Assembly (NCBI GenBank): GCA_043754515.1
Contig: JAYUUO010000213.1
Span: forward strand, 1 to 29,629
DNA: 29,629 nucleotides
Reading direction: 5' to 3'
Source of the DNA: Armatimonadota bacterium
GTDB lineage: Bacteria > Armatimonadota > Armatimonadia > Armatimonadales > Armatimonadaceae
Both the position numbers and the translations under genes were made by a program. Positions within the stretch are counted from its first letter, which is position 1; the number at the start of each line of letters is the position of its first letter. Positions 19,402 to 27,644 of the stretch are shown one piece after another. Under the pieces are notes generated by a model that was not told the origin of the DNA, searched no databases, and saw nothing but the letters and a program-made list of their open reading frames with translations.

Positions 19402-20216
19402 GTCGCGCTCACCTGAATCACCAAACCGTCATGACATGGGGTGACATAGTCGGCGGTTTCGCCGCTCACCGTGGCGTAATCGAAATCATGGCCGAGGTGT
19501 GTCAGATACGCGCGGCGCGTCGCAAGTTCAGCCAGTTCCGTCCCCGCCTCGGCCAGGCTGAAGTGTGTCGGGTGCGGCTCATAGCGCACGGTGCCCATTA
19601 TAAGCGCGTCCAGGCCGCGGAGGTGCGGGCGGGTCTCGTCTGGGACCGCTGACACATCAGTCACGTAAGCGAACCGATCGCCGAACCGGAACGCCGTGAC
19701 CGGCAGGCTCCCGTGTAGCACCGTCAGCGGCGTGATAGTCACCCCATATAGATCGAAAGACTCATATGGCGAGATCGGGTGTAGCGTGAGGCGGGGCTTC
19801 CCCCCGCCGGTCTGCGTCTCCTGAAAGACGTATGAGAAGACCGTCCGCAAATGATCCAGGGTGGATGGCGTGCCATAGACCGGGATCTCCTGTCCCATCG
19901 AGAAGTTAAACTGCCGCAGATCATCCATCCCGAAAATATGATCGGCATGGGGGTGCGTGATGAGAACGGCATCTATCGCCTCGATCCCGGCGCGGAGCAT
20001 TTGGGTGCGCATGTCCGGCGTTGTATCCACGAGGATGCGGCGCGGGCGCGGTTCGCCGGGTGCCGGGATCTCTACAAGGATGGACGGCCGTAGCCGCTTA
20101 TTGCGCGGGTTAGGCGAACGACATATCGGGCACGGGCAACCGATCACGGGGACACCGGTCGAGGTACCACAGCCGAGAACAATGACGGAAAAAGCGGGTG
20201 AAGGCGCGGATGGCAC
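19398..20216 (-). CDS. MBL-fold metallohydrolase (PhnP-like)
   Basis: LGCGTSTGVP.IGC.C.IC, THPHADHIFG.DDLR, H.THF, THLGHD. Start placed at GTG 20216, 7 nt after TATAAT (20224-20229). Confidence 0.92.
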   Translation of the reverse strand: MPSAPSPAFSVIVLGCGTSTGVPVIGCPCPICRSPNPRNKRLRPSILVEIPAPGEPRPRRILVDTTPDMRTQMLRAGIEAIDAVLITHPHADHIFGMDDLRQFNFSMGQEIPVYGTPSTLDHLRTVFSYVFQETQTGGGKPRLTLHPISPYESFDLYGVTITPLTVLHGSLPVTAFRFGDRFAYVTDVSAVPDETRPHLRGLDALIMGTVRYEPHPTHFSLAEAGTELAELATRRAYLTHLGHDFDYATVSGETADYVTPCHDGLVIQVSAT

Positions 20217-20239
20217 GCCCCACATTATATCGCACCGGT

Positions 20240-20274
20240 GCATCCGGGGAAACAGGCGCATCCGGGAAAGCAGG
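20240..20274. repeat. Tandem 17-bp imperfect direct repeat in divergent promoter region
   Basis: GCATCCGGGGAAACAGG (20240-20256) and GCATCCGGGAAAGCAGG (20258-20274), 15/17 identical. Confidence 0.7.
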
Positions 20275-20374
20275 TATATTTTCGGGTGCTCGCTAATGTT
20301 TCGGATAGATACCGCCGATAGTTACTACCGGAACCGCGTTTGAGCGGGCATACCGGAAGGATGCGAGACAGGCG

Positions 20375-20641
20375 ATGGGTAAGGCGGACATCGGGCTAGC
20401 GGCGGCGTTACGTGCGGAAGATGGCAACACCATCCCACTCTCGGCGAGGGAAAAGGAGGTGCTGCGTCTCGTCGCTGACGGCTTGACCAACCTGGAAATA
20501 GCCAGCCGCCTCGGACTGAGCGACAAGACGGTCAAGTCGCACGTCTCGAACATCCTCGCCAAGCTACGCCTCCCGGACCGGACACAGGCGGCGGTCTTCG
20601 CCTGGAAGCTCGGGCTGACAGGTGAGCGGCCCCCATCGTAG
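20375..20641 (+). CDS. Stand-alone LuxR/GerE-type HTH regulator
   Basis: LSAREKEVLRLVADGLTNLEIA.RL.LS.KTVKSHVSNIL.KL...DRTQAA; no receiver domain. Confidence 0.9.
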   Translation: MGKADIGLAAALRAEDGNTIPLSAREKEVLRLVADGLTNLEIASRLGLSDKTVKSHVSNILAKLRLPDRTQAAVFAWKLGLTGERPPS

Positions 20642-20738
20642 ACACGCCCCTCCCGCCTTCGCCCGCGTAGGCTTGCCCCCCGCCGCGTCGTCACCAGGGT
20701 CGTCCGTGGAAGCGGTAGAATGAGGTTGAAAGCACGAT

Positions 20739-21422
20739 ATGATCACGACCTCCCCCCTCCCGACAGAAAAGCGCGGCGTGCTCCTGACACACATCAGCTG
20801 GCAGACTTATGAACAACTCCTCCGGGACAGCGCGGACACGAACTCCCACCGCTTTTTCTACGACCGTGGCGCGCTGGAGATAGTCATGCCTACGCAAGCG
20901 CACGAAGAGGCCAAGTCGGTGTTGAACTCGCTTGTGGAACGTATCGCCGACGAGTGGGAATGGGAGTTTCGCAACTTCGGCTCGACGACGTTCAAGAACG
21001 AAGCGTTGTCACGCGGATTCGAGCCGGACACCTGCTTCTATATCCAGCGGTACGGCCTGATTCGCGGCAAATCCGTTATTGACCCCGAGATAGATCCGGC
21101 ACCCGATCTGGTCATTGAGATAGACATTACCAGCCCGTCCCTCGACAGGTTGCCTCTTTACGGCCCCTTCGGTGTCCGCGAAGTGTGGTGCGCGGATGCG
21201 GGCGACGCGGTTATCATCTACTCTTTCAGGGGCGATCAGCCGGTTATCCTGTCGGAGAGCGCGGTACTTCCCGGCATGACACCCGCCGATATTGCGACCT
21301 TTCTCCACGCCGGGAAGGCTTCCGGGCGGGTGGACTGGGTGCGCCGCGTGCGGGAATGGGCGCGCTCTCATCCGCCATCCGCCCCATCTACTGCGACAGC
21401 ACCTGCACCGACCAATCTGTAA
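20739..21422 (+). CDS. Uma2-family endonuclease-like protein
   Basis: ISWQTYEQLL, YDRG.LEI.MP, GSTTFK, EPD.CFY, PDLVIEIDITS, GVREVW; TAGAAT at 20716-20721. Confidence 0.9.
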   Translation: MITTSPLPTEKRGVLLTHISWQTYEQLLRDSADTNSHRFFYDRGALEIVMPTQAHEEAKSVLNSLVERIADEWEWEFRNFGSTTFKNEALSRGFEPDTCFYIQRYGLIRGKSVIDPEIDPAPDLVIEIDITSPSLDRLPLYGPFGVREVWCADAGDAVIIYSFRGDQPVILSESAVLPGMTPADIATFLHAGKASGRVDWVRRVREWARSHPPSAPSTATAPAPTNL

Positions 21423-22161
21423 TATCGAGTGATGGTTCGTCAACGAGCGGTCCTAAGTGGTCGCGCACATCGTTCGCTGGCTCAAGGCCGTTTGAGTTGT
21501 CCTGCCGCTGATCCTGCGTGACGTCTAGCGTCAGGAACGTGTTCAGGCTTCCGACGTCCCCGCCCCCGCTCCCGTTCCCGAGCGCGTCCCAGAGTTTCGG
21601 CGCGTTCGGGTCAACTCCCGCCGGGAGGTTGTTCGTCGCCAGAAGGTTGAGCTTCAGATAGCGAGCGTTCGGGTTCGGCAGACGCGACAGGTCGAGGCGG
21701 AAGCGGAGTACCCGCTCCCCGGTCTGCGGCGTCGTGTACTGATCCGGCTGGCCGAGCGACACAAAGCCGCTGAGCCCCGTCCCTATCTGGTACGGCTTGG
21801 CGGTCGGCGCGTTGTTGGCATCGGTCGGGACGCGGTAGACCTCGTAGCCGGATAGCCCGCCGAAGTTGCTGTACACGACAGCCGCGACGAACCCCTGCGC
21901 GTCGGTCTGCGACGCGGCGGCGAACCCGTTGTTCCACGGTGGCGCGACCACGGGAACGGGACCGGGATCGCTGTACACGTCCGTGCGGTGAATCAGAGCG
22001 AAGTAGTAGTAGTTCGGGTTGACCGCGCCGCGCAGGGTCATGGTCACGTCAATGTACCGCCTGCGCACGGTCGAGGCGGCATCGGGCACTTTCGCGCAGG
22101 ACACGAGCGACAGGGCTAACGCCGCGCTGAGAGCGATTCGGGAGAGGGTAAAAATTCGCAT
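21388..22161 (-). CDS. Putative lipoprotein, unknown function
   Basis: Signal peptide with lipobox LVS-C; GC-rich third positions; overlaps the convergent Uma2 3' end by 35 nt. Confidence 0.8.
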   Translation of the reverse strand: MRIFTLSRIALSAALALSLVSCAKVPDAASTVRRRYIDVTMTLRGAVNPNYYYFALIHRTDVYSDPGPVPVVAPPWNNGFAAASQTDAQGFVAAVVYSNFGGLSGYEVYRVPTDANNAPTAKPYQIGTGLSGFVSLGQPDQYTTPQTGERVLRFRLDLSRLPNPNARYLKLNLLATNNLPAGVDPNAPKLWDALGNGSGGGDVGSLNTFLTLDVTQDQRQDNSNGLEPANDVRDHLGPLVDEPSLDITDWSVQVLSQ

Positions 22162-22214
22162 AGTTTTATAGTCTGATCCGAAGGGAGGCAGTTCGCTTCA
22201 AGATGTAAGGGAAA

Positions 22215-22685
22215 TCAAGGCACCATCGGTAAAAACGTGTTCGCCACCCAGCACAGAAATATGACCACAAGAGGGAGAACGTAGACGAAACCCAATAGAA
22301 CGCGCCCGACCCGATGCCGGTGATGCCGTACCAGACGTCTCTAAAATATTATTTCCGCGACCCACCCGCCACAGTAGCCGATGTTGGCCATGATTCCCAA
22401 TATGATTGGAGCCAGAATGTAGTAGGGAACGCCCGCCGCGCCTCGGGCTGCCATCGCGGCGGCGACGTAAAGAGGCACCCCGAACGTGCCGATGATGAGG
22501 TTGTAAGCGAGATGCCGCTTCTCCCACCAATGTATGATTTCCCGGCTCGTACGCGGTTCGCGCGGGACACGGAAAATAAAATATTGCAGCCGATGCATGG
22601 CGGGGGCACCCGCTACCGGGGGCGTCTCCTCCGGGTCGGGGATCGGCTCACCGGTCAGGTACGGAAGCGGCGGTGTGCGGATCAT
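22215..22685 (-). pseudogene. Small membrane protein (WWE.R...YN / AN..Y..GW..E type), interrupted by TAG at 22341-22343
   Basis: TGg-TATATT-6 nt-ATG(22685); two TM segments before the TAG; hydrophobic coding-like sequence continues to TGA 22215-22217. Confidence 0.55.
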
Positions 22686-22710
22686 GGGGTTAATATACCA
22701 CCAACCCCGT

Positions 22711-22739
22711 TTGACCCGCCGCGCCCGCCGTGCTAAACT
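22711..22739 (+). promoter_or_regulatory. Sigma70-type promoter of tyrS
   Basis: TTGACC (22711-22716) - 17 nt - TAAACT (22734-22739) with extended TG; ATG 10 nt downstream, no SD. Confidence 0.75.
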
Positions 22740-22749
22740 GATTGTCGCC

Positions 22750-23970
22750 ATGCCCTCCGAACCCATCGAAGAACAACTTGCCCGCCTTCAGCGCGGCGCC
22801 GAACTGATCGTGCCCGAAAACGGCCTGCGCGGTAAGCTCGAACACGCCGCGAAAAGCGGCAAGCCGCTCCGGGTCAAGCTCGGCCTTGACCCGACCGCGC
22901 CCGATATTCACCTCGGGTTCGCGGTGGTGTTGCGCAAACTGCGCCAGTTCCAGGATCTGGGGCATACGGTTGTGATCATCATCGGCGACTACACCGCGCT
23001 GATCGGCGACCCGTCCGGCCGCTCCGCGACCCGCCCGATGCTGACGAAGGGCGAGATAGAGTCAAACGCGGCGACGTACGTGGATCAGCTCGCCACGATC
23101 CTGGATCGCGACAAGACCGAGGTGCGCTTCAACTCCGAGTGGCTGGGCAAACTCGGCTTCGCGGATGTCGTCAGTCTGACGGCGAAAATGACCGTGGCAC
23201 AGGTATTGACCCGCGATGATTTCAAGAAGCGCTGGGACGCCCACGAGCCGATCTCGCTCCACGAACTGCTGTATCCCCTCGCGCAAGCCTACGATTCGGT
23301 GGCGATCGAAGCTGACATCGAGATGGGCGGGCTGGATCAGACGTTCAACATTCTCGCTGGGCGCGATTTGCAGGGCGAAATGGGCATGGCGCAACAGATC
23401 GGCCTGTTCATGCCACTGTTGGTCGGTCTCGACGGGCAGAAGAAGATGTCGAAGTCGCTCGGCAACTACGTCGGCATTCGCGAGGCACCGCTCGACCAGT
23501 ACAGCAAGATCATGAGCCTCGCCGACGAGCAGATGCGCTCGTACTTCCTGCTCTGCACCGATGTGCCCGAGGCCGAGTTCGACGCGCTACTTGGTGCCGC
23601 CACGAACCCGATGGACAACAAGCACCGGCTCGCGACCGAAATCGTCGCGATCTACCACGGGCGCGGCGCGGCGGACGCGGCGAGCACGGAGTGGAAGCGC
23701 ATTCACAGCAAGGGCGAGTTCCCCGCCGACGCTCCCGAAATCACCGTCACGATCAGTCCGGTAGGCATAATCGCCTTACTGGAGCAGTGCGGGGTCGCGA
23801 CCTCGAACAGCGAGCGGCGGCGGCTGGTCGAGGGCGGCGGCGTTTCGATCAACGGCAAGAAGATCGAGGACGCGAAAGCTACGGTCACGGTCACAGACGG
23901 CGATGAGTTCAAGGCGGGCAAGAGAAACTATGCCCGTCTGCGGCTCGGCGACGCGGTGGACGCGCCCTAA
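22750..23970 (+). CDS. tyrS: Tyrosine--tRNA ligase
   Basis: KLGLDPTAPDIHLG, IGDPSGR, YPL.QAYDS, GG.DQ.FN, KMSKS, C-terminal S4 domain; start at ATG 22750. Confidence 0.97.
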   Translation: MPSEPIEEQLARLQRGAELIVPENGLRGKLEHAAKSGKPLRVKLGLDPTAPDIHLGFAVVLRKLRQFQDLGHTVVIIIGDYTALIGDPSGRSATRPMLTKGEIESNAATYVDQLATILDRDKTEVRFNSEWLGKLGFADVVSLTAKMTVAQVLTRDDFKKRWDAHEPISLHELLYPLAQAYDSVAIEADIEMGGLDQTFNILAGRDLQGEMGMAQQIGLFMPLLVGLDGQKKMSKSLGNYVGIREAPLDQYSKIMSLADEQMRSYFLLCTDVPEAEFDALLGAATNPMDNKHRLATEIVAIYHGRGAADAASTEWKRIHSKGEFPADAPEITVTISPVGIIALLEQCGVATSNSERRRLVEGGGVSINGKKIEDAKATVTVTDGDEFKAGKRNYARLRLGDAVDAP

Positions 23971-24066
23971 AGCAACGACACTAACTCTGGGGTTCGCCCC
24001 GCGCTGTTGACGAACGGAGTCTATTCTTATCTGCTCGACGGTTAAAACTGAGGAAGGAAAATCGTC

Positions 24067-24540
24067 ATGTGGGTACGGTTTACGGAAAGTGTTCGGCGCG
24101 TCGTTTTTTACGCACAGGAGGAGGCGAGCGGTACCGGGGCGCGTGATGTCACGCCCGAACACTTGCTACTAGGACTGCTTCGCGAATCAGGTGGCGTCGG
24201 GGAGCAAGTCTTGACGCGGCTCGGCGCGGATACTGGCCGTCTTTTAACCGAGGCGAGGGGCAAACCAACTCCACGCAACCCCTGGAGCGTGTCTTCCCCT
24301 GAGAATCAACTACTACAGGATGTGGGACTCACCGTCGGTGCCAAGGACACAATTGACTTTATGTACGATGAGGCGAGGAAGATGAATCAAGGGGCGTTAA
24401 ACACAAGGCACCTATTGCTCGGCCTGCTCCGCGAGAACGGCAAGGCCGCCCGCGTACTACTCGCCCATGGCGTGACACTGGAGGCGGCGCGAGCAACCGT
24501 CCGCGCGGCAGGTTCGGAAACACCCGAGGCAATATCATGA
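24067..24540 (+). CDS. Stand-alone Clp protease N-terminal (double Clp-N) domain protein
   Basis: MW.RFTE..RRVVFYAQEEA, PEHLLLGLLRE and second repeat RHLLLGLLRE; no AAA+ domain; GAGGAAGGA SD. Confidence 0.88.
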   Translation: MWVRFTESVRRVVFYAQEEASGTGARDVTPEHLLLGLLRESGGVGEQVLTRLGADTGRLLTEARGKPTPRNPWSVSSPENQLLQDVGLTVGAKDTIDFMYDEARKMNQGALNTRHLLLGLLRENGKAARVLLAHGVTLEAARATVRAAGSETPEAIS

Positions 24541-24989
24541 ACACCCCCCTTTCCCCGTCCGTGAGTGCCTTATATGCTACCCACGAAGCCAGCGTGGGCG
24601 ACCTCGGTTTCGCCCACGCGGTCGCCGGGCGGGACGCGGTGGAGCTGGCACGCACCGCCGACGCCTTCCTGCGCATGTCCGACATTTTCCTTGCACGCGA
24701 CGCGCAGGGGTACCGCGAAATCCTCTCTTCCGCCGAAGGGTACGCGACGCCGCTCGTGGTGCTAATCCCCGACCGCACTCCTCTTAAACTGCTGGTGACA
24801 CCCCGCGACACCGACTCGCAGACTGCGCGGCTCGCCCTTTATGTGCGGGTGTTCGCGGGCGATTACTCGGGACAGACCGGCTTCCTGCGCCGGGAAGCGT
24901 TCGAGCCGTCCGGTGCCGACGAGGCACCGTTCCCGCCGCCGCTCGACAACGCCGACTGGATCACGCGCGACGACGACCCGCGCCTGTGA
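24537..24989 (+). CDS. Hypothetical protein (150 aa)
   Basis: Coupled to both neighbours by ATGA/GTGA 4-nt overlaps. Confidence 0.75.
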   Translation: MNTPLSPSVSALYATHEASVGDLGFAHAVAGRDAVELARTADAFLRMSDIFLARDAQGYREILSSAEGYATPLVVLIPDRTPLKLLVTPRDTDSQTARLALYVRVFAGDYSGQTGFLRREAFEPSGADEAPFPPPLDNADWITRDDDPRL

Positions 24990-26326
24990 CCGTTCCGGCC
25001 GTCCCCAGACACGCGCAACTGATGCTCGCCGCGTGTCAATTCTTCATCACCGGCGCGACCGGCTTCTTGCTACCGTTCCTGCCGCTCTACATCATGGCGG
25101 CGGGGCTGTCGCCGCAACGCTACGGCTACGCCGCCGCCATCGGCACGGCGACCTGTCTGCTAATCCAGCCGCTCCTGGGCAGGTTGTCCGATCTCATCAA
25201 AGCCCGCCGACCGGTGATGTTCGGTGCCGCGATCACGGCGGGGCTGGCATATGGCGCGTTCCGCTACGCCCCGACCGGCAACTTTCTGGTTCTGACCTTG
25301 CTCATCGCCCTCGGCGCGAACGGTTTTCAGTACCTGAACGCGGCGACCGGCGTTCTGGTGAGTCGGCTCGCGGCGGTGACGGGCGAGGCGGGCGGCTCGG
25401 CATATGTCCGCACCCGCGTCTGGGGATCCGCCGGGTTCATCGTGTTCGCGCTACTCACCGGCTTACTCGTGCGCGGGGGCAACCTGACCGCGAAGCCGTC
25501 CCGCGAAGCCCTCGACATGGTGTTTCTGTGGGGGCCGACCTTGTTCCTTGCGGTCGCTGGCTTTTCGATTCTGGTGCCGGACGTCAAAACCCCATCCATA
25601 GCCGCCAACGAAAAGACTTCTTTCCCCCCGCGACCGAATGTCACCAGAGGCACGAACACAGACGTAGAAGCAGGCCCGGTGGAAGCAGGGGCAAGTGTAC
25701 GCGAGCGAACTGCCAACCGCCGCCGATTCCTGCTAGCGTTCCTGTTCTACCAGGTTCCCCTCTACGGCGCGTCGTCGTACCTGTCGCTCTTCCTATCCCA
25801 GTTCAAAGCCGCCCCCGTCTGGCTCACGGCGACGTTCGCGGCGGGCGTGCTGTGTGAGGTGCTGGTGATGACGCAGATCGGGCGGTGGACGGACGCGCAC
25901 GGGCGACGACCGGCGATGCTGTTTTCGTTCCTGCTCTTGCCGCTCCGCTTGCTGATGTATATCCCCGCGACCGGGCCGCTGTGGGTGCTCCTGGTGCAGA
26001 CACTACACGGGTTCAACTTCGGGATCTTGGGCACTATCGCCGTGGTGTTCGTTAACGATACGGCGAGCTCCGAGAACAAGGGCGCGGCGCAAGCGGAACT
26101 CGCCGCGACTCTCGGACTCGGCAACAGTATCGGGCCTATCGTCTGCGGCTACCTCGTCGAGCACTACGGACTCGGCACCATGTTCGGCGCGATGAGCGGG
26201 CTGTCGGTTTTAGCGGTGCTTTTATTTTGCCTGCTGGTTAGCGAGTCGCACCCGGCCCCGTCTGGTGACTTCGCCACGCGGTTGCCGCGCTTTTTGCGCG
26301 AGCCGTGGGTTGGTATTCGGGGTTAG
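24986..26326 (+). CDS. MFS transporter (MFS_1-like; HcaT/nucleoside-symporter-like)
   Basis: LLPFLPLY, GRLSDL, Y.RTRVWGSAGF, GVLCEV, QTLHG; about 12 TM segments. Confidence 0.9.
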   Translation: MTVPAVPRHAQLMLAACQFFITGATGFLLPFLPLYIMAAGLSPQRYGYAAAIGTATCLLIQPLLGRLSDLIKARRPVMFGAAITAGLAYGAFRYAPTGNFLVLTLLIALGANGFQYLNAATGVLVSRLAAVTGEAGGSAYVRTRVWGSAGFIVFALLTGLLVRGGNLTAKPSREALDMVFLWGPTLFLAVAGFSILVPDVKTPSIAANEKTSFPPRPNVTRGTNTDVEAGPVEAGASVRERTANRRRFLLAFLFYQVPLYGASSYLSLFLSQFKAAPVWLTATFAAGVLCEVLVMTQIGRWTDAHGRRPAMLFSFLLLPLRLLMYIPATGPLWVLLVQTLHGFNFGILGTIAVVFVNDTASSENKGAAQAELAATLGLGNSIGPIVCGYLVEHYGLGTMFGAMSGLSVLAVLLFCLLVSESHPAPSGDFATRLPRFLREPWVGIRG

Positions 26327-26386
26327 AGAGTGATAGTTTTGCCGGGCAGGTTCGACGCACCCAAGCGGCGAACAACATGCCTGATC

Positions 26387-26947
26387 ATGTACGAAACTTT
26401 ATCGCTGAACATGTTGAACGAGGCCAGACTCGAACCCGACTGGATGACGCTACACGTTGGCATGCGCGGCATCGAACTCGGCGCGCCGTACGACTGTATC
26501 GCGCGATTGCCACGTTCGGAGGTACAAGACTATGCCCTCGACAGAATCGAGAAGGCGGTCGGTACGCCCGACGCGTGGAACATCTATCGCGTCGCGGATG
26601 GAGAGTATTTGCCGCACCGGACCGACGTCGAAGAAGCACTCCATTCCCTAGCAATTTCTAGCGGCGTTCCCGCTGAACGGGCGAGGAGGAAGTGGCGACT
26701 AGCCGTGGTAACGCTCGCCCTGCCGGGAATCGCCGCCGAGCATGAAGGCGAGGCCGAATACGGCGGGGCAGAACACCTTCTCTATCTCCACTGGGAGTGG
26801 AGGAATGTCTGCTCATCTAACCATTTTCCCGCCACGGACTTCGCCTGGGGCGACGACTTGCGCCGCCTGCTGAACGCTTATAACGAATGGCGCGAAACCG
26901 AATATGCGGCGATAGCCGCCGAAGGGGAACGCCTCGCGGTACAATAA
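26387..26947 (+). CDS. Hypothetical protein, weak resemblance to DUF2247
   Basis: Long ORF filling the gap (alternative GTG start 26330); W..L..G and RKWRL motifs. Confidence 0.6.
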   Translation: MYETLSLNMLNEARLEPDWMTLHVGMRGIELGAPYDCIARLPRSEVQDYALDRIEKAVGTPDAWNIYRVADGEYLPHRTDVEEALHSLAISSGVPAERARRKWRLAVVTLALPGIAAEHEGEAEYGGAEHLLYLHWEWRNVCSSNHFPATDFAWGDDLRRLLNAYNEWRETEYAAIAAEGERLAVQ

Positions 26948-26963
26948 TGTCGGTACTAACGGC

Positions 26964-27644
26964 GTGAGCGATAATTCCCCGACAAACCCGAACCGGCTTT
27001 TGTTTCCCGTGGCACTCGATGTCAGCGGGCGGCGTTGCGCCGTCGTGGGTGGTGGCGCGGTCGGGGCGCGCAAGGCGGGCGCGCTTGCGGAAGCGGGCGC
27101 GGAAGTAACCATCGTTTCGCCGACCCTGTGCGCGGCGGCACTGGAGTTGGTAAGCGATGAAATCGTCCGGCACGTTGCCAAGCCCTTTCATGCGTCGCAT
27201 CTCGACGGTGCTTTTCTGACCGTCGCTGCGACCGATCTTCCCGCAGTAAACGCCGAAGTCGCGGCGGCGGCACGGGCGCGCCACATTCTGGTCAACATGG
27301 CGGCTCCGGGCGACGGGAACGAAAGCGAGACTGGGGACTTTGTGACAATGGCGACCGTTCGGCGCGGCGACCTGCTTATCGCCGTCACGACCGGCGGGGC
27401 TGGCCCCGCACTATCCGCCCGAATCCGTAGCGAGCTATCCGAGCGTTACGGCGAGGAATGGGGCGAGGTCGTGTCGCTTCTTGCCGAACTGCGTGCCGAG
27501 GCGAAGGTCGTCTATACGCACCCGGAAAAGCGGAACGGTGTGTTGCGCCGCGTCGCCGTCAAAGCCGATCGTCTCGCCGCGCTGGTCAAAGGCGGCGACG
27601 TTGATGGCGCGCGGAAGGAGGCATGGGCATGTCTCTCCCCGTAG
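26964..27644 (+). CDS. sirC: Precorrin-2 dehydrogenase / sirohydrochlorin ferrochelatase (SirC / CysG N-terminal type)
   Basis: FPVALD, VVGGGAVGARK, AATD...VN, RRGDL.IAV.TGG.GP. Confidence 0.9.
   Translation: MSDNSPTNPNRLLFPVALDVSGRRCAVVGGGAVGARKAGALAEAGAEVTIVSPTLCAAALELVSDEIVRHVAKPFHASHLDGAFLTVAATDLPAVNAEVAAAARARHILVNMAAPGDGNESETGDFVTMATVRRGDLLIAVTTGGAGPALSARIRSELSERYGEEWGEVVSLLAELRAEAKVVYTHPEKRNGVLRRVAVKADRLAALVKGGDVDGARKEAWACLSP

Noticed and set aside
22341..22343. Pyrrolysine or programmed TAG readthrough
   Set aside because: TAG is an ordinary stop for many genes here (gyrB, hisG, rsbV); no pyl genes in view; mutation or indel is simpler.
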